Shown: positions 13,500 to 27,700 of the stretch, one piece after another | How positions within the stretch are numbered: the stretch's first letter is position 1 | Layout of the letters: every line of letters starts with the position of its first letter | NCBI RefSeq assembly: GCF_009914755.1 | Contig: NC_060935.1 | Direction: 5' to 3' (one strand) | Length of the DNA: 64,000 bases | Source: the human T2T-CHM13v2.0 reference genome, Homo sapiens | Translations under genes and position numbers: made by a program | Notes under the pieces: generated by a model | Database searches by the model: none | Told to the model about the DNA's origin: nothing | What the model saw: the letters and a program-made list of their open reading frames with translations, nothing else

Positions 13500-16400
13500 T
13501 GTATTCATTCATTTTGTTCACAGCCAAGCACCTGTGTGGGACCCTGAGTCACAAAGATGAGTAATACGCACTCTTGCCATCAAGGAGGTCCCAGCGCGGT
13601 TTGGGGAGATAAGACAGGGAAGAGGCAATGACAACAACGAAACACAGAGTTCAAGCCTGCCCGGTGGAGTCATTAAAGGCAGGGTTTGAGACCAGATATG
13701 AGGAAGGGAAGGGATAAGCCAGGAGGGAAGGGAGTGAAGGGCCTTTCAGGCAGGCAGAGCAGTATGTGCAAAGGGTCAGAAGCATGGAAAAAGGTAGTGT
13801 CTTTGGTGAACTACAGGAAATTCAGTATGGCTGAAACTCAAAACGTGAGGGGGCTGGGGAAATGGGGCAGGTGATGAGACTGGGAGGCTTGGGGAGGTCA
13901 GACTATGATCTCATAACCTTTGTTAAAAAGAAAAGATTTTGTTCAAGGAAAATGGAAGGCATTTGAATAATGCTGAGCAGGGAGTGACATAGTTGGATTT
14001 GTACTTTAGGAAGGTGTCTGTTACTCCAATGAAAAGAATGGATTGAAAGAAGGAAGAGAAGTGTAGAAAGAAAAGTTAGGAGGCTCTTGCAAAAATTCAT
14101 GTGAAAAGATGGTAGATGAGGGCAACAGCAGAGGTGATGGAGAAAAGGGGATGGGATATCAGAGATTGCTGGAGAGAAGATAGAACCAACACGTTCCAAG
14201 GGATTTCTGGATTATGGGATACGTGGAGAAGGGAATGGTGACAGTTAATTTCTGGGATTCCAGCTTGCAACCTGAGTGGGGATGGTCATTTGGGGAAGGA
14301 AGGAATGATGAGATCAGGTTTGCACATGATAAGGGGTCGGTGAGCTATACAGTAAAGAGCAGGCATGCAGCAGGTATGCAGAAATGTGGCCTAGAAGAGA
14401 GATGTCTGTGAGTCATCAGCCTATAGATGTTAATAAAAGCCTTGAAAAATGAATGAAATTGATTACCTAGAGGTGTGTATACAGTGAGACAATAAGAAGG
14501 TCCAAGCCAGAACTTTAAGGAACAGTGACATTCAGGGGGCATACAAAGGATCCCTCAAAGCAGACTGAGAGAACAGCTAGGAGGAGCTCCAGAAGAGATA
14601 CATACCATAATGTAACTTTCCACTTATTTGCCTGTTAAATGTTGATAGAATAAAATCATGGCTCAGAAGCCAAACAACAAAAACAACTCAAGGAGAAAAG
14701 AATGGTCAATAATGTCAGCTCCTCCCGAGAGGTCAGGCAGTTAAGGACTTTTGAAAAGATCCTCCAGATTGAGCAGAAGAGATGTTACTTTCTCCTAGGG
14801 AAAGCAGTTACATTTGAGGGGCAGGCACAAATGGGAAGTGAGGAAGTAGGAACAGCTATATGCAGAAGACTCTTTCACAAAATGTGACAGTGAAGAAAAG
14901 TGAGGAAGCCTCTTAGTTAACGGGGTATTACAGGGTTAAAGAAAGATAGGAGAGGCTGGAGGATCTTTATGTCCTCCCAGGAGGAATGGGAGAAAGGAAG
15001 GAACTGGAGACGTGGGAAACACATGGAATAATCAGTTGAGTGAGGTCCCTGTGGAAGAGGAAGGGGATGGGATCCGTAACACAGGTAGAGGATTGGCCTT
15101 AAGTAGAAGAGACAGCACTTCGTTCTTATAGGAAGGAAGGAGAAAAGATTGAAGAGGATGCAGATAAAATTTGAGGGAGGAGGCAGAAATCTGAGGGAAT
15201 TCAAAACAGATGGCCTCAATTTCCTCAGTGAGCCAGAAGACCAGGTTGTCCACTCTTAATTCCTTCCTTTCCTTCACCCCACCATGTCTGCTTTGTCACT
15301 GAGCCCTGCTGATCCCACTGCCTAAAGAGCTCTTGAAACCATCCACTTTCTCCTTCTCTCCGGCCACTACTCCAGTTCAGGCCAGTGTTATACCCTCCAG
15401 AGTTTCTGCAACAGCCAACTGTCCTTCTTCTCAGGCTCTTTCTCCAGTCTCCACATGGCTGTCAGAGTGGTATTTCTAAAATGAATCTGATCATATCGCT
15501 CCAAGCTTCCAATGATTTGGTGACTCTCCATTATTCTTGGGTTAAATGAATTTCTTTCTGTGGCCTCCTAGACCCTGCATGGTCTAAGCCTCCATTTACC
15601 TCTCCCACAGACTCTCCCTCTCTCGTCACCTCATGCTGTAAGTGTCAGGCTCACTGAACTGCTTTATCCCTCACACACACACTATTTTCCTTCATGTGGG
15701 CTTTTACATGCTGCTCCCTTGGCTTGGCATATTCTCCACCCACTCCATCAAGTTTAAGTTTAAATGCCACTTCCTCCAGAAAGACTCTTCTGACCTCCCT
15801 ACACTGGCCTAGGTTACTCTGCTGTGTGCTGCTGTGTTACAACACTCACTCCACAGCCTGTAAGCTCCATGAGGATAAGGACCATGTCCATTTTGTTCAC
15901 ACTTGTGCTGCCAACTCTCATCACAATGCCTAGCAGAGTAGGTGCCTAGTATGTGTTTGTTAAATGAATGAATTAGCGTTTTGATTAATTAATCTACTGA
16001 AAACAATGGTGTGAGGGATGTGGGGTAATGAGTGTGAAGAAAATAGAAAAAAAATCATCTATTTATTTATGAAGGGCCCAGTTGAGGTTTGAATTTTTTA
16101 GAAGTATGAATTTATAGAAGCGTCCCCTGGTGTGGTTGAGAAATCATTCTAGTTAGGGGCAATAATTTGAGGGATGAGTATAGAAGACAAGGAAACACAG
16201 TGGCCAAGGAGTGGTTGAAGGGATGATCCTTAGCATATGAGCTGGAAAGAAAGCACAAAGTCAGAAAGGAACAGAGTAGGAGAAAACAAAGAGGTCAAGG
16301 GCAAGAGGTCATTATGAGGTCAAAGAGTGTAATGGGAGCGAGAACATCTGAAAGCTGGAAGGATATAGGAGGTTGTGGGTAGAGAGAGGAATGCAAGAGT

Positions 16401-16610
16401 TTAGAATTTTAAAGGTGGAATAGTTCTACAGAGTGGTCCTGGGAGGGAGGAAGGTAACAGGAGCTAAGGAGGTCAAGAATCTGTGAAGCTGTGGTGTTGA
16501 AGGACACTGAGAAACCATGGCAGGATACACTATCCAGATCTCGAAGTTTTCAGGGAACAAGAGGGTATACCTGGGAGATCTACGTATGAGAAGGGGTGAA
16601 GGTGTGAGCT
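13500..16610. mobile_element. L2 fragments (minus, with a plus-strand L2 at about 15260-15975)
   Basis: TTCATTCATT start; GTAAGCTCCATGAGG...GTAGGTGCCTAGTATGTGTTTGTTAAATGAATGAA end; purine-rich L2 body. Confidence 0.55.
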
Positions 16611-17739
16611 TGATAAGTTAAGCAGAGTTTATTCAGAAGTTGGGACAGGTCTTCCTGTGGTGTGCATGCCATCCATGACTGTCTCCTGGGGGTTGTACAA
16701 GTGGCTGTGTGGTAAGGGCAACTGTGGCACAGCCTCCTGTTAGTGACAGGCTTCTAGGACACCCACTATGTATGGGCAGCTCCAAGGAAGTAAACCTAAT
16801 AAGATGTGCTGTGACAGTTGTGACAGTGCTTCTGATGGATGTGGATTGCAGTGACAATGTCTCCTGAGAGGTGCTGGTCTACTTGTTTGTTGCTGGTGAC
16901 AGTGTTTCTGGAGAGTGTTAGCAGTAACAATGTCTTCCATGGTATGTGTTGGCCTTGACAATGAACCGGTGGGAGTATGTTGGTTGCAGCATTTCTCCTG
17001 TGGGTGTGTGTTGTCATGAGAGCATTTTCCGTAGGTGTGTGTTGGCTTGATAGAGTCTGCTGTAGGTGTGTGTTGGTTCTGACTGGGGGTGCTTCCTGGG
17101 GGTGGGCTTCCTGGAAGTGTATGATGGCTGTGAGGGTATCTCTTGAGGATGTGTGTTCCCTGGGACTGTGTCCTCTTGTGGGTTGAGTAGGGCTATGACT
17201 GTGTCCCTATGGGTATTTGAGAAGTTGACATAAGCGACAATATTTTTCTGGCCTATGACCTTGTGGCTGTGGGCCCAGCCCGCCACACTGAGTTCATTGT
17301 GCTTCTAGACCTCCCTCTCCCCACCCCCTCCACGTGGGACCCACGCCTGCGGTGACCTTGCTCTGTCCCCTGCACGGGATTCTGAGCTGGGTATCCCAGA
17401 CACAAACTCCCAGTTGCTCCAATCTCCCACTCAGAACACGTCTGGGTGACCCCCCCCTCCATCCACTTCAGGCTGTGCCTGCCTCTCCTCTGCTTCTCTG
17501 TACTTCTCCCCACTCAGTTTCTTTGTCTCTGTCTCAGTTGGTCTCTGTCACACACCCATCCTCCACATTCTGACACATGGGCTCCCACAGAGCGGGCAAC
17601 ACACCCTCACAGGGACTCGCTCACCATGACACACGGTCATTCTGACCCTCACACCCTCAGAGTGACACGCACATGCACACACAGCCAGAGAGACGCCCAG
17701 GGACACACAACCTCCCAGTGACACGCACTGACACACTCC

Positions 17740-18560
17740 GACGATGCACTGGAACACAACGCTGTCGCACCCCACACCCCCGGCGCACGCTCCCGCCGCC
17801 ACCCTCCCCGACTCGATGACACACGCACACAAAGACCCCCAGGCCCTGCCCCCACGCTCACGTTCACGCCCGCCCGGGTCCCGCAGGCCCAGGCCCCCCC
17901 TCCCCCATTGTCTCCGGCTCAGAACAAAGCCCCCGGCTCCGCCGCCGCTGCCGCAGCCCAGGGGAGGCCGGCGGGCAGGGCGGGCGCGGCCAGACGGGCC
18001 GGGCGGGCGCGGGCACTGACCTCCGCGCGACGCGGGCTCCCTCGCCCGGTGCTGGGGCGCCGTCCGGCCGCGGTCAGCCCCCCGGGCAGCGCCCGCTCGC
18101 GCGGGGCCTGAGGCCGCGCATCGTCCGCAGTCGCTGTCTCCGAGGCCCGCGATCCCCTCCGGGCAGCCGCCGTCGGTCCGCGCGCCCTTGGCCGTCGATC
18201 GGTCCGTCCGCTGACGCCCGGGCGCCGCCTCCTGCACAGCCGCCCCGCCGAGGATGCGAGCTCCGCTGCCGCGGCCCCGCGCCCCCTCCCCTCCCCTCCC
18301 CCCGCCCTCCGCGCGGTAACCCGAGCCCCCGCCCCTCCGCCCGCGGAGCCCCCGCCCCCGCCCCCACCCGCGCTCCGCGCCGCCGCCCCCCCTTCCCCCC
18401 GGCGCCCGCCCGGCCTCCCTCCGCCCCTCCACTTCCCGGCCCCAGGCCCCGGCTCCGGATCCGGCCCCAGCGCCGCGCCGCGCCCCCGTCCCGGTTCCCT
18501 TCCCTTCTCCCCGTCACTTCTCCCGTCCTCTCCTCCCATTCGGTTCTCTACGCCCTCTCG
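17740..18560. promoter_or_regulatory. DCHS1: CpG island / TATA-less GC-box promoter of DCHS1
   Basis: Very high GC and CpG density; multiple CCCGCCC Sp/KLF boxes at about 18300-18430. Confidence 0.9.
18021..18270 (-). other. DCHS1: DCHS1 non-coding exon 1 (TSS approximate)
   Basis: Donor GAG|GTCAGT at 18021/18020 inside the only CpG island upstream of exon 2; 5' end estimated. Confidence 0.75.
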
Positions 18561-19904
18561 TCTCTTCCCCTTCTCGCCGCTCCCTGCTGCTCACCTCCTC
18601 CTCTTCCATCTTCTTTCCATCCCCTATTCCCCTCTTCTCCCTCAGTGCCCTGGTCTCCCTCTCGCCCCTTCTTTTTCCCAACCGTCATCTCCATTCCCCT
18701 CTGCCTTTCTCCCATCCTCTTCTTCTCGCCCCATCTCCATCATTTTCTCCCCAGCTCTTCTCCCCTTTCTCTTCTCCTTACCCCTTCTGCTTGATCTCTC
18801 TCCAGCCTCTTTACATCAGATTCTCCTTCCCCACCTCTCCTTTTATCCTTTTCTTCCTATCCCTTTCTCCCCGTCTCTTCTCCCCACCTTTCTCCCCATC
18901 CCCTTCTCCCTGTGTCTTTCGCCTCACCTCATCATCCCCTTTTCCTCACGCCTTCTCCTCATTCCCTTTTCTCACCCCTGCCCTTTTCACTACCCGCTGT
19001 CTCTTCCCCTTCTTCCATCGTAACCTCGGCCTTCTCCCCTGTTAGTCACTTTTCATTATCCCATGATTTCTGTCTCTTTTCTCTCCTTCACCCCCAGGCT
19101 CCCTTTCCCCCACTTTCTCTTTATCCCAAATTTGAGGGTAGAGATCGGGAGATATTGGAAAGAAGAGCTTTGGGGATGGTGGTCCCACTCACGATATACT
19201 CCCTAGAAAAATTAAGTGAGGAGGAAACCGGGCAGGGAAGTGGGAAGGGGCTCAAAAAACCAACTTGGGAGAGAATATGGGGAGAGGGGAAATCAGACAG
19301 AGACAAAGAGCAAGCAATCTTAAAGGAACTGGGAAGAGTTCTGACTCCTGTCCTTCTTCCTTAGGACTGCGAGTAGACTGTGAGAAAAACAGGTTTTCTG
19401 GACTTGAGATGTGTACAAATGGCACAAAGAAATCAGGAACTTCTGTGGAGAAGGAACACAGTTTCAGCTGAAGAAGAAGGGAGTGTGATTTTGGAAGAGG
19501 AGTGAGGGAGAGACTGGGGTCCTTGATCATATCCACGGCGCTTGGGCAGCTGGGTGGATGGATGGTGGTGAGGCTGGCTGTGCTCCACAAAAGGAGCAGC
19601 AGGAGGCTGCAGGGGGTTCGTATGAGGAGATGATGACTGTGACTTGGGGCTGCTGACTTTGAAGTGCTGGTTGGGTAGGTAGGTCTGCAACTTAGAGGAG
19701 CGGTCTGGGATGGACATAAATATTTGGGAGTCATCTGCAAATGCCGTATAAGCTTGAATATAGGGTGAAGTTTTTGCTTTTTTGTTTTTCCAAAATCATC
19801 CCTCAGGAAAGAGGGAGTAACCTTATATTTGAGTCCTTACAAGGTCTCTCATATTACAGGGTTTGCTCTCATTTACTTTATTTTGAACAACAAACCACTG
19901 GATA

Positions 19905-20130
19905 GGGCAGTATGGTATGGTGACTAAGCTTGTGGACTCTGGAGCCAGACTCCCTGGCTCGGGGTCCAGACTCTCCTATTTACAAGCTGTGTGGCACTGG
20001 GAAAGTTACTTAACTTGTCTCTGCCTCAGTTTTCTCATCTATAAAGTGGGCCTAAGGATTAAATTATGTAATATATATAAAGCACTATATACCTGGCACT
20101 ATATGGTAAGTGTCCAATAAATGCTAACTA
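19905..20130 (+). mobile_element. MIR
   Basis: GGACTCTGGAGCCAGAC...AAGTTACTTAAC...CCTCAGTTTTCTCATCTATAAA core. Confidence 0.85.
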
Positions 20131-21059
20131 TTTTTACTGTTTGGCTAAGACCCATTGACCTGAAATGTCCTCAACAATGCTATTTTGGATGTATTGTAGT
20201 CAAAGAAATTTAACACAGCTTTGGTAACTATTCCTGGTAGTATGACCTCATAATCGCATGTGTTGGATGTCTCAAAATATGCTTTTTAAAGATTGCTTTA
20301 AAAAGCAATACAGTAGTACTTGGAAGAGGTTTCTGGGCTGCCGAAAATGTTCTATTTCTTGACCTGAGTGGTTATATGGACCTGAGGGATGTTTCACTCT
20401 GACAGTTCATTGAGCTGAATATTTATGATGGCTTGTGGCCTTTTCCATATAGATGTTATATTTCAGTAAAAAAAGTTAACAGAAATATAATTTTTAAAAA
20501 GTATTACATTAAGTGATGTTTTGAAGTCATGAATATACTCAGGCAGGGTGCATGCAAAAAACCAACTGTTCTAGTGTGATGCAAAGGAAACTTGTGACTT
20601 AGGATAAAGTTTCCAAGGACTGCATCATCTGTGAATTCAAACTGTGCTGTGTCCTCTCCCAAGCCCTTCGCTTAAACTGAAGAGAAGGACATCTGTTCTG
20701 GGAAAACATGTAAGATGGCTGAAAAAGTGATCCTAATGATGAGAAAGACACTGCTTGTGTTGAGTATGCATAAAATTGCTTCATAATTTATGAGAATGGA
20801 AAAGACAATATTTATCAGTTATATATTTTTATATGATATATGAATTTAAATATATGTCCAATAAAGTCCATTAACTCATAGAAGTACACTTTTGATTGTT
20901 TCATCCTCATCCTTAAAGGTTTACATTTCTAGGTTGGTTGAAAAGCTTTTTGGATCTTCTCACTGGGAAAAATGAAAAATTACTGTTTGGGCAAGACCCA
21001 TTAACCTGAAATGTCCTCAACAACCCAATTTGTGTTGCTTTGTATACAGTAAGCTGTAT

Positions 21060-22730
21060 TGTATAGTAAGTGTGACAGATGGTAAGTGAAGGTAAGGGAG
21101 TGAATGAGATTACAGAGGGAGAGCATGTACATTAGGAAGAAAAGAAGGTCTAGGACAGATGCTGAGAAGCTCCAACATGTAAAGGTTGAGAAGAGGAGGA
21201 GCCCTCAAAGGAAAGTGAGAGGATGTGGCCAGACAGGGAGGAGAAAGAAAGGGAGGTGAGTGGTGCCACTGAAGCCCAGGGAATGGCCACAGAAGAAGCC
21301 ATGAAGTGAGGAGAGGTCATTAGGTTGGAATGACACAGAGGAGGCCAGTGAGGTAAGGACTGAAAAGTATCCATTGGATTTGGCTGGGGCCTAGGGGGCA
21401 GGCTGGTGACCTTGGGGACAATGTGGTAGGTGGAGTGGTAAGGATGAAGGCTAATTAGCACTCAGTAACTAAGGAGTGAGTGGAAGGTGAGGAACTGAAG
21501 ACTTGGAGTAGAGCTTATTCTTTAAGGAGGCCTAACTACAGGGGAGGAGAGAGACCTATAACTGGCGTAAGGGATAGGAGTTTTAGGGGGTCAGGAAGTT
21601 TTTCAAATAGAAGAATCCAAATTCATTTATTTTCTTGCTTCCTTCATTTATTGAAGATACATTTAGGTGCCTGCTATGTGCAACTTTATAGTTAAGATAC
21701 AAAAATTAAGACATGACTAAGGAACTCATGGTAAGCTGTGAAGACAGACCTCTCAACTGACAACAGAAGGTACAATAGAGGAGAGCATGGGGTTGTGGAT
21801 ATAGGGGGCTTCCTAATCCAGACCAGGGCTGGGACATCAGCAAATAGTGTCACAGAGATGACAATGGAACTGGATTTGAAGGATTAGAAGCATAGCAGAG
21901 GGAAAAGTTAGAGAAAGGACTTTCAGGCAGAATAAACTGACATGTTCAAGATCACAAGAGCATGAAAGAAAATAGCTCTGGCCATGAAGGGTGGCATCCA
22001 GGCTTCAGTGGTGGTGGTCCTGCACAAACTGGCTTGGCTGGAGTGTTGAGCATATGGGCTAGTGTGGGAAGCAAAAACAGGAAAGGTAAATGGAGCCAAA
22101 TCATGGACAATATATGTCATGCAAATGGTCCAGGCTCTGAGGAGCCATTGAAGGGTTTATTTAATAAGATAAATGAAATGGACAGGTTACGTGTCATCAA
22201 CATAATTTTGGCTATTCCCCAGCTTATAATGAGGGTCTAAATTAAGGTAGTGATAGTAGGATTAGAAAAGAGGAGTAAGATAAGAGAGAAATTACAGGGA
22301 TAAAACTACTAGAAGTAAAGGGTGTAGCATGGGAGGATTCTAAGATGGCTTCCATGTTCTTGGGTCGTACATTAGTGATGCTACTTAGGAAGCTGGGGAA
22401 GCAATAGAGAAGCAGGTTTGTGGGGAAAAGGTAAGATGGTGAGTTGAGTTTTGGATATAAGAGTCGAAGATGTATGTGAGATATCCAAATAAATATGTCT
22501 AATAGGTGATTGAGTATAAAATTTGGAACTCAGAAGAGAGTTGAGCTGAGGGTAGATATTTCAAAGCAGTTATTTTGCAGGTGGTAAGTGGAATCATGAG
22601 AATGGATGTGGCCACCCACAGAGAGCATGAAGTGAGAAGAGCATCTAGGCAGCCTTTAAGACATGGGCAAAAAAAAGAAGAGTCATAAAAGAGATTGAGA
22701 AGAAGCAGGCAACAAGGTAAGACTTAAATG
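21060..22730 (-). mobile_element. L2 fragments
   Basis: GGAGTGAATGAGAT..., AGTTTTGGATAT..GAGATATCCAA, ATTTATTGAAGATAC motifs. Confidence 0.55.
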
Positions 22731-22743
22731 AAAGTAGTATCTG

Positions 22744-23052
<309 letters not shown>

Positions 23053-23474
23053 TTATCATAGAAAGCAAGGGAAGAAACAACCACTAGAATGAGAGTTGTC
23101 ATCAGAGTAAAAATATTGCAGGAAGATGAGCCTGAGGGGTCTTCATTAGATTCTGGAATCAGGAGATAACCGATGATCTTAGTATCAAAGGAGAGGAGGG
23201 GAAAGACACCAGGCCACAGGGAGGAAAAGGTGAAGTGGAAGTAAAACAATAGTGATGTGTGTGGAAGAGTGAAAAGTTGATTGCACATGAAAGAAACACA
23301 ATTTGAATTCATTTAGGAAAGAAAGGTATATTTATTGGCCCAGATAACTAAAGCTGGGAGACGACTGGCTAATGGAACCAGGAACTGAAAGCCCATTAAG
23401 ACTTTCTCTGTGTCTCTGGTTTCTGTTTTTCATTTCATTTTCTTTTGCTTGTCAGCTTCATTTTCTCCCACTGA

Positions 23475-24790
<1,316 letters not shown>

Positions 24791-27700
24791 TGATTTTTAA
24801 AATTAGTTTTCTAATCAATATTATGTATTTACTTAGTTTAAAAAATAGGCCTTATAACAACAACCACAGATTCGGAAATCCTGGGGAAAGAGTCTGGATG
24901 GCCTGGGGCCGGGGCTGACTTACGTGCCCATCCAGATCAATCTCGGGAGCAGGGGGCCAGGTCACTTAAAAGACGGCAGCTCCCATTCAGACCGATGATT
25001 AAAAATGTTTTGGCATACACGTGCCCTTTTGTTTAGGGCATACTTTGGTCCCTTCTTCTGTTAATTGACCTTTCATTTACCCTTCAGATCTCAGCTGAAG
25101 CAACACTTCATCATAGATATCTTCTCTGACCTCTTTAGGTCAAATCCCCATATTATGGGTTGTCATAGTGCCTGGTACTTCTCCTCTGTGGCAGTTATCA
25201 CAGTGGCAAGTTTACATCCATTCTAGTGTGTGAATATTTGGTTAAATGTCTATACACTCCACTAAACGGTAAAGCTGGTTTGTTCACCACTGTAGCACAT
25301 ATATGTACATAGGTGATGTTCAGTCAATATTTGTTAAGTGAATGGCTGACATGAAGGGGGTGGTTGTTCCAGAATAAAGAAAAGATGTTAGTGAGACAAC
25401 AGAATCAAGTACCATTACTCAGTGAATGCAAGAGAAAAGAGAGAGAGGATAGATAACCTAGGTGGGAGGGTGGGGTGGGTTGGGGTATTGGCAGGAGGAG
25501 TGGGAGCAGAGAGGGTTGACAGAGAGCTCTTTGGAAGAAGGCAACAAGAGCATGTTTAACATCTCAGGTAAGGAACTCATGGAGAGAATGGAGCAAGGTC
25601 CCAGAGGAGAGAGGAGGGACTGAAGAATTAACCATCACAACAAAGAGGGATTGGTCTTTGCCAGGAAGAGAAGTACCTCCTCCTCCAAGACTGAAAAGGA
25701 AGATGAGTGGGGTGCAGATAACGGCATGTGTGTAAGTATGTGGTAGTGGGGGAAGAAGGTGGACAAGGCAGGAATTTGAGGCCATCATACCTGATGATCT
25801 CATTCTCTCTAGAGAGGAGTTGGGATTTTGTGAAAAATGGGCACGAGGGAGGCAATAATGTTAGAAATCTTGAAAGCTTTAAAGGAGTGAAGACACTGTT
25901 AAGGGAAGTGATAGCTGGTGGCCTTATAAGCCTAAAGGACCAAGGAGTTGAGGACACTGGCAAGAAAACAAAGGATAGAGACACACCTACACCTAAGTCC
26001 TTGGTGAAAAAGAGGGAAAGTCATTTCATGACAACACTGAGGAGGGTAGAGTCTTGTGTAAGACGGCATAATTTCAAAGGCTGAGGGGTGAGGATGGAGA
26101 AATAGTTGTCTCTGTTTAGGCCTTGGGAAGCCTGGATAGTGGTGACTCCTTCCCTTTTCCTTCAAAGATATGTGAAAGTATGTGCAAAAGGGGAGTACTT
26201 AAGCAAAGCCAGGTCTCTTACACAGGAAGTGGAGGCTCAGAGGTATATGAAGGGGCTGAGAATTCAGGAGTTTGTCACCATGAAATGGAGGTTTCAGAAC
26301 AGGAAAGACTGAGGGGTGAATCCATGATGGGAAAGGCTAAAAGGCAGGGAAGCAGTGGGAGGTCCAGTCAACTAGGGTCAGGGAAGGGCACATCAATGTG
26401 GCGATGACCAAATGAGAAAGGAGAGATGACTCAAAAGGCCTACCTTGTGAATGATGATCTTGAGTGACAGGATGGGAGGCAGACAGTTGTCAGTGGTTCT
26501 GTTAGTCCTCCGTTCTTTGCTAGTGAGCTGGAGGCACTGGGTAGCATTAGTACTTGGTTTCAGACTGCTCCAAGCCTTAGTTCAAAATACTTATAAATCA
26601 CAAGTCATTAGAACTCCTTGGTACAGCCCAGCCCTGGAAGAAGTGAGCAGGAGTATTAAAAAAAAAAAAAAAAAAAATGGCCAGAGTCCAGCACTGTTTG
26701 AATTGGGATCTTTCAAGAGTGAGGATGTTTTCCAGGCTCTGAAGGACTTCAACTCCCTGTAGAGGCTCTAGGAAAGGAAAAGGAAACTCCCTATGCTCTC
26801 CCACAGAGCAAGAGCCAGAGAAAGTAGAAGGAAATGGAATCTAGAACACAGGTGGAGGGATTAAATATGGAGAAGAGGAAGGACTCCTATCCACTGAGAT
26901 GGGAAGTAAGGAAAGCCAGTCCTGTGGATTTCAATTCACACAGTGATCAATTTGTTAGAACTTACCAATTTTATCAGTTTACCAAAATTTTGTTTCTTTT
27001 AATTACGTGTGAAGGTTAAAACAATTTGCATGGTTGGGCTGATTTTAACTACTTTTAATGATTTCTACAAAGTATCAGTTGACAATTTTGAGTTTAGTTT
27101 AGCTTAGTTGTACTTTTAATTTATTTGCAGCTGTTTCTCTGAAATCATTTTGCCATGGCTTGCCAAAGTTCAGTGTATTCTAAGTTTTTCCTTATTTTGG
27201 ATCTGTGACTTTGGGGAATGGGAATTTCTTATGCATTTTACTCTGCAAATGTTGTACAATGACTCAGATGTCAAAAATTTCATATACAATCTGGGGGGGG
27301 TGGAATTCTCCCTTCCAAAATATTTTCAATCCAACAGTTTTCCTTTTACTTTAATATTTTTTGTGCATTTGTACTTTTAATAGAAATGTAGATGTGGGCT
27401 GAAATATAGCCATACTGTATTTCCATACTTGTTGGTTGGTAAATCATATAATAGTGACTACAATAAGTGATAAAATTAATAATATAAATTATATTATAAA
27501 CTAATTAGTCTAAGACAATTTTTCTAAGATATCATGATGGCCATTGATAAATGGGTCTCCTGCTGTAGTGACATCTGAGAAACATTTGCAAAATTTCTGC
27601 CAGTTCCATTTGTATCACAATAGGAATATTGTACTTTAGGAGCATTCCTGTTGATTAAATAGTTGTTACTACTTCTAAGTAGTCAGGTTTTTACTTTGGC

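Noticed and set aside
17548-18539. Long Gly/Arg/Ala-rich ORFs in the CpG island as independent genes
   Set aside because: GC-rich stop-poor sequence; they cross the exon 1 donor and have no recognisable domain.
20134-21023. CRISPR-like repeat-spacer interpretation
   Set aside because: Only two copies 846 bp apart in mammalian DNA, with no cas genes.
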